From the NCBI GenBank assembly GCA_001767835.1, contig MEMA01000052.1, forward strand, positions 5,753-69,752: 64,000 nt of DNA, read 5' to 3'. Below are positions 59,623 through 64,000 of the stretch, in pieces. The stretch comes from Alphaproteobacteria bacterium GWC2_42_16. GTDB taxonomy: Bacteria > Pseudomonadota > Alphaproteobacteria > UBA9655. The position numbers and the translations under genes were made by a program. The notes below the pieces were generated by a model that was not told where the DNA came from, searched no databases, and saw only the letters and a list, made by a program, of their open reading frames with translations. Each line of letters starts with the position of its first letter. Within the stretch, counting starts at the first letter, position 1.

Positions 59623-61200
59623 ATGTTCCATTTAAAAAGGTTTAGACCAACACTTTTCATAGCCGTTGCCACTTTTTGTTCAGGAATACTGATACCAATA
59701 AACTCCTATGCGGTTTGGTCTGATGAAGAGTCCTCTGATGAATCTGATAGTGAAGAGAGCCGAAGCCCTGTGATAGCAGCCCCTTCTGGCAGTTCTTCTT
59801 CTCCTTCGTCCTATAGACCCTATCTTTCTGAAAAGTCAACTATAGACGACGCTATAGAAAAATCGAAAACGATAAGATCTTGTTACGACAGGGGTTTAGC
59901 AACAACTCCTGAAGATATAGCTGATTTTTGGAAGGAAGTAATCACTAGATTTCCCTTCGATTCCCAATTTATTGATGAAAAAAAAGAAGTTCATAAGATT
60001 CTTAAAGAGGGAGTCAAGACATATCGCGGAAAAAAATTTGATGCCTTTCTAAAGTGTTATGAACTCCTTCCCCCTAAGAGCCTTGACGCTGAAGACCACA
60101 GATATGTGGCTACTCTTTATACTAATTTTGCCAAAACGAGCATTGGAATAGATACAGAGACAAAACGCAAGGAATATTATAAGAAGGCTATACAAATTTG
60201 GGAAGTACTTATAAGAGGAGGCTATGGAACGCTTGCCGAAGATTATAGAACGGCCGCCAATTGTTGTTATTACTTCAATAAGGATAAAAGAGCGGCTGAA
60301 TTAATTACCATAGCTCTGTCGATGTTCGAGAATCAAAGTCCTCCCCATAAAACAACATGGGATCCAAGTTCTTACGAATACGATCACCAACTCAAAAAAG
60401 ATCGTGAATTAGCCTTTAGAATTTATTTTTTTGCAAAAGAATGGGCCAAAACGACACAAACCTGGGAACGAATGGGTAAGAAAGCTAACTATGACTCAAA
60501 TGATTATAGAAAAGCGGCTAAAGCCTATTTTGCACTTAAGAAATATCAGGAGGCTGCTGAATGGAGTGAAAAAGCTTTAGGGCTTGAGTTTCAACATATA
60601 TCCTATCACCCAAAAACAACTAAATCTTTTTATGCTGCAGATCTTGCGAGGACTGCACATACCCAAAGACGCGCAGGAAATTATGAGAGAGCTGAAGAGC
60701 TATGGGACAAATTTTATGCCCTTGATAGAGATGACGATAGGGGGGAAACGAATGAACAACGTTTAGAAAACCTTAGAGAAGCTGCTGAAGTCTATTATCA
60801 TAACGGCAAATATAAAGAGGCTGCAAGGAAATGGCAAGATGCATACGAAAAAGCATACGAAAAAAAAGATACCGCCATGTGGGATGATCGGCTGAAAGCT
60901 GCACAAGCCTGGTTCAAGTGTTCCAACCTTTTTGATTGTGATAATGGTAGGGTTATATGCGAAGGCTTCATCAATGGCACCATAGAAAATAAAGAGATCT
61001 ATATTCCCAACGAAGCCGGAAAATATGTTACAGAGACCATCAAACTGCCGGGACTCACACCGGAGTTACAGGAGCGTGCGAAAAAATTATTAGAGGCAAA
61101 CCCTTCCAAACTATGGAAGGACGATAAGTCCGGTTCTTCGAATATGAGCTCTTCAACAAAGAAGAATGGCCTTTTTAGCAAATGCTGGAGGAAAAAATAA
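59623..61200 (+). CDS. Secreted hypothetical protein: acidic Ser-rich N-terminal region plus TPR/Sel1-like helical repeats
   Basis: Signal peptide (LFIAVATFCSGILIPINSYA), then SDEESSDESDSEESRS. Recurrent Y/W-rich helix pairs follow (GNYERAEELWDKFYAL, GKYKEAARKWQDAYEKAYE). AT-rich. Confidence 0.5.
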   Translation: MFHLKRFRPTLFIAVATFCSGILIPINSYAVWSDEESSDESDSEESRSPVIAAPSGSSSSPSSYRPYLSEKSTIDDAIEKSKTIRSCYDRGLATTPEDIADFWKEVITRFPFDSQFIDEKKEVHKILKEGVKTYRGKKFDAFLKCYELLPPKSLDAEDHRYVATLYTNFAKTSIGIDTETKRKEYYKKAIQIWEVLIRGGYGTLAEDYRTAANCCYYFNKDKRAAELITIALSMFENQSPPHKTTWDPSSYEYDHQLKKDRELAFRIYFFAKEWAKTTQTWERMGKKANYDSNDYRKAAKAYFALKKYQEAAEWSEKALGLEFQHISYHPKTTKSFYAADLARTAHTQRRAGNYERAEELWDKFYALDRDDDRGETNEQRLENLREAAEVYYHNGKYKEAARKWQDAYEKAYEKKDTAMWDDRLKAAQAWFKCSNLFDCDNGRVICEGFINGTIENKEIYIPNEAGKYVTETIKLPGLTPELQERAKKLLEANPSKLWKDDKSGSSNMSSSTKKNGLFSKCWRKK

Positions 61201-61346
61201 ACTTTTTCACGAGCATTTCTGGGGAAATGCGCTAAGGTTATACCTTATAGAAAAAGTGAAGAAGAAGAGTGGTTGTCTTCCAATATCAGACAGATGATAG
61301 GTTAAAGTCAAGCAGTAAGGGGGGGACAGGCATCAAAAATGAGTGA

Positions 61347-61895
61347 CTATCTAAAAAGTTCCCTTTTGAGAATGTGATAAGCCTCATTAATTGTTTTCAA
61401 GCGCTCTTCAGCTTTGACATCATTGGGATTTAGATCAGGGTGATGTTTTTTTGCAAGCTTTTTATAGTGTTTTTTCAAGACTTCCATCGTAAGGGGAAGG
61501 GAAAGGTTTAAAACACTTAAAGCCCTTTTGACATCCTTTGAAACACTGGGTGGTGGCTTTGTTGAGGACCTTAAAAAGAATTCGACATCTTCCGTTGAGC
61601 TTAACTTATCTAAAAGCCCCCGCCATCCACCAACAGGCCATGAGGGTCGATTCCATGTCACATCTGAAATGCGGCTCGCCTCAATTTCTCCCGGGCTCAT
61701 ATCGCGATAAAAGTCCCAGCTTTTATTATATTCCCGAACATGGTCAAGGCAAAACCAGTAGTAGTCTTTTAGAGTGAGAGAACTTTTTGGAGCTTTGAAT
61801 TCTCCAGCATTTTGACATCCCTTATGGTCACAAAGTCTGACTTCCGGATTTTCGGGATAGGTCATATTTAAAGGAATAAAGCATGGCTTCTTCAT
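61347..61895 (-). CDS. J-domain protein (C-terminal DnaJ domain, Cys/His-containing N-terminal domain)
   Basis: KKHYKKLAKKHHPDLNPND...INEAYHILK at the C-terminus. The N-terminus contains CDHKGCQNAGEFKAPKS...WFCLDHVREYN. Confidence 0.75.
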   Translation of the reverse strand: MKKPCFIPLNMTYPENPEVRLCDHKGCQNAGEFKAPKSSLTLKDYYWFCLDHVREYNKSWDFYRDMSPGEIEASRISDVTWNRPSWPVGGWRGLLDKLSSTEDVEFFLRSSTKPPPSVSKDVKRALSVLNLSLPLTMEVLKKHYKKLAKKHHPDLNPNDVKAEERLKTINEAYHILKRELFR

Positions 61896-61932
61896 ACCTT
61901 ATATATGTGAAAAAATATGAAAAAAATCAAGT

Positions 61933-62520
61933 CTATACCCAATCACCCATGGGCTCATGCACAACCGGCTCCGGTCCTCTTGTAAGAACCTGGAAAGCTT
62001 CCGGCACGGTATCAACAAAATGGAAACATTTTTTATGTTCCGGTTTTGCAAAGTGCTGTTTAATAATCTTCTTTGTTAGGATTTTTAAGGGTGTCCAATA
62101 GTTCTTTATATTAATAAAAATGATGGGCTTATCATGGAGCTCAAGTTGATGCCACGTAATCAATTCAAAGGCCTCATCCAAGGTTCCAAATCCTCCTGGA
62201 AGAATAAAAAAGCCATCGCCCTTTTCAAACATTAAGCGCTTTCGGGTATGCATCGAATCAACCATATGCATTTCTGTAATGCCCCAATTAGGTTCCTCAA
62301 ATTCCTTCAAATGATCAGGCATGTATCCTATAACATAACCTCCATGTTTCATGGCCGTGTTTGCAACTTCTCCCATCAAACCTTTATTTCCACCGCCATA
62401 AATGAGAGTGATCTTTCGTTTTGCAAGTTCCTTCCCTAATGTCACCGCTGCTTTTTTGTAGATAGAATTTACCGTATCATAGGAACTACAATAAACACCA
62501 ATTGCTCGAATTTCTCTCAT
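61933..62520 (-). CDS. LOG family protein (TIGR00730; nucleotide 5'-monophosphate nucleosidase)
   Basis: GGGNKGLMG and PGGFGTLDE motifs. The start was moved to ATG 62520 (MREIRAIGVYCSS). Confidence 0.8.
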   Translation of the reverse strand: MREIRAIGVYCSSYDTVNSIYKKAAVTLGKELAKRKITLIYGGGNKGLMGEVANTAMKHGGYVIGYMPDHLKEFEEPNWGITEMHMVDSMHTRKRLMFEKGDGFFILPGGFGTLDEAFELITWHQLELHDKPIIFINIKNYWTPLKILTKKIIKQHFAKPEHKKCFHFVDTVPEAFQVLTRGPEPVVHEPMGDWV

Positions 62521-62602
62521 TTGTTTTTGCCTTTTTAGAAATAAGATAGCCATTTTTATGCAAAACCGGTATAAATTACCATAGGTTTTTATAGGAGAAC
62601 AT

Positions 62603-63289
62603 ATGGTAGCTTTCTTTGCACCACTGCATCGTGCTGGCTGGCCTTTTGTTGCTCTTTTTTCAGGTGTTACGCTGATTCTTTATTTATTCTCATCTGTTTT
62701 TGGTCTTATAGGTCTTCTCTTGACTATTTGGTGCGCTTATTTCTTTAGAAACCCTCAACGAATCACTCCTTTAGGCGATGGTCTTGTGATCAGCCCCGCT
62801 GATGGAATCATAACAAGAATTGAAGAGTCAATCCCCCCCAATGAGCTTAAATGGAAAAAGGAAGTTCACACACGCATTAGTATCTTTCTCAATATATTTG
62901 ATGTTCATGTGAATCGTATTCCAGTCGATGGCATTATTAAAAAAATCCATTATCATCCTGGCAAATTTTTTAATGCCGCTCTCGATAAAGCAAGCGATCA
63001 CAACGAAAGAAACTTCATTCTCATTGAAACACCTCAGCACAAAGAAATCCTCGTTATTCAAATTGCGGGGTTCATCGCCCGGCGGATTCTCTGTGATGTT
63101 CATAAAGGAGATACAGTGAGGAGTGGACAAGTGTTTGGCATGATTCGCTTTGGAAGTCGTGTTGACATTTATCTTCCAAGGGGTGTTCATCCCCAAGTTG
63201 TTAAGGGGCAACGCATGATTGGCGGGGAAACAATTCTTGCTGATCTCACCTCAAAGGCATCCCAACGAATAGGAGAAAACCGGGCATGA
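62603..63289 (+). CDS. psd: Phosphatidylserine decarboxylase proenzyme (short type)
   Basis: Two N-terminal TM helices, FNAALDKASDHNER, and the self-cleavage region MIRFGSRVDIYLP. Confidence 0.88.
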   Translation: MVAFFAPLHRAGWPFVALFSGVTLILYLFSSVFGLIGLLLTIWCAYFFRNPQRITPLGDGLVISPADGIITRIEESIPPNELKWKKEVHTRISIFLNIFDVHVNRIPVDGIIKKIHYHPGKFFNAALDKASDHNERNFILIETPQHKEILVIQIAGFIARRILCDVHKGDTVRSGQVFGMIRFGSRVDIYLPRGVHPQVVKGQRMIGGETILADLTSKASQRIGENRA

Positions 63290-64000
63290 GTGCGCATCAC
63301 CCACCCGGGCTTAGACCGCCGCCTGTTGTTCGCATTATTCCTAATGCTATTACGATTACTGCATTGTGCACAGGCTTGACCGCAATACGTTTTGCCCTTA
63401 TTGAGCGGTGGGAATTTGCTGTCACCCTCATTTTCATAGCGGCGATTTTAGATGCTTTAGACGGGCGGGTGGCACGTTTTTTAAGAGTCGATAGTCCTTT
63501 TGGGGCTGAGCTTGACTCTCTTTCAGACTTCATTAGTTTCGGCGTTGCCCCTGCCGTGATGATTTACCTTTATAGCCTTCATGCCTGGAAAGGAATTGGG
63601 TGGGGATTGGCGCTTTTCTTTTCAACCTGCATGGCTCTGCGTCTTGCGCGTTTTAACATCGGCATAACACGTCCAACTCCCGAATGGTCTAAACGCTTTT
63701 CAGTGGGCGTACCAGCTCCCGCAGGAGCTGTTCTAAGCCTTCTCCCTTTGATGGTGAGCTTTGCTCTTGAGGAAAACTTTCAAGATTATCCTTTATTTTT
63801 TGCGTCCAGCCTTCTTTTAAGCAGCCTCTTACTCATCAGTCGAATTCCAACATTTCTTTTAAAAAATGTGCCCGTTCCGCATCATTATGTTCGTCTTCTC
63901 CTAGTCCTCATTGTATTTTTCATGGCAGGTATCTTCAGTGCCCCATGGTATACTTTAAGTTTTTGTACAGTTTTATACCTCTTTTCGATCCCAGTAAGTT
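63286..64000 (+). CDS. pssA: CDP-diacylglycerol-serine O-phosphatidyltransferase, 3'-partial (runs off the window)
   Basis: Hand translation from ATG 63286, which overlaps the psd stop. CDP-alcohol phosphatidyltransferase motif DGRVARFLRVDSPFGAELDSLSD (DGx2ARx8Gx3Dx3D). Confidence 0.85.
   Translation, partial: MSAHHPPGLRPPPVVRIIPNAITITALCTGLTAIRFALIERWEFAVTLIFIAAILDALDGRVARFLRVDSPFGAELDSLSDFISFGVAPAVMIYLYSLHAWKGIGWGLALFFSTCMALRLARFNIGITRPTPEWSKRFSVGVPAPAGAVLSLLPLMVSFALEENFQDYPLFFASSLLLSSLLLISRIPTFLLKNVPVPHHYVRLLLVLIVFFMAGIFSAPWYTLSFCTVLYLFSIPVS

Overview
The window looks like a chromosomal segment of an alphaproteobacterium, probably a host-associated or intracellular lineage (Rickettsiales/Holosporales-like). 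This rests on motif reading only, with no database search. Supporting genes are chpT, rpoH, a DUF4167 protein, a tandem iscS/nifS-like isc cluster, an ATP/ADP translocase (tlc) and an H+-pyrophosphatase. Most of the window is housekeeping: plsY-dprA-topA-rnr, an RND efflux pair, ffh, rpsP-rimM-trmD-rplS, clpB, iscR-nifS-iscS-iscU-iscA-hscB-hscA, rluD, rpoH, tolB-pal, atpHAGDC, rne, hppA, and psd-pssA. There are three tRNAs: Gln-CTG, Arg-TCT and Pro-TGG. No rRNA, CRISPR array or intact IS element was seen. Visibly AT-rich accessory patches interrupt this backbone.

- **1-1763:** a partial P4-type integrase, a tRNA 3'-half remnant, a VOC protein and a minimal CHAT/caspase-like protein.
- **23036-28815 (most interesting):** an island between clpB and fdx. 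It holds a viperin-like radical SAM enzyme, a 1251-aa LuxR-HTH / predicted TM / NB-ARC / TPR STAND protein built from near-identical 126-bp repeats, and an orphan gene behind a palindrome-rich divergent promoter.
- **29225-32362:** a MazG-like gene, mazEF, kefB and tRNA-Gln separate fdx from a 3'-shortened hscA.
- **37985-38640:** an MNT/HepT toxin-antitoxin pair beside the iscR promoter.
- **39800-41572:** a GC-rich Pro/Ala-repeat disordered protein.
- **52349-52448:** a 100-nt GC-rich structured element.
- **52502-54219:** tlc packed tightly between two tRNA genes.

All functional calls come from reading the translations. Start codons were adjusted by eye.
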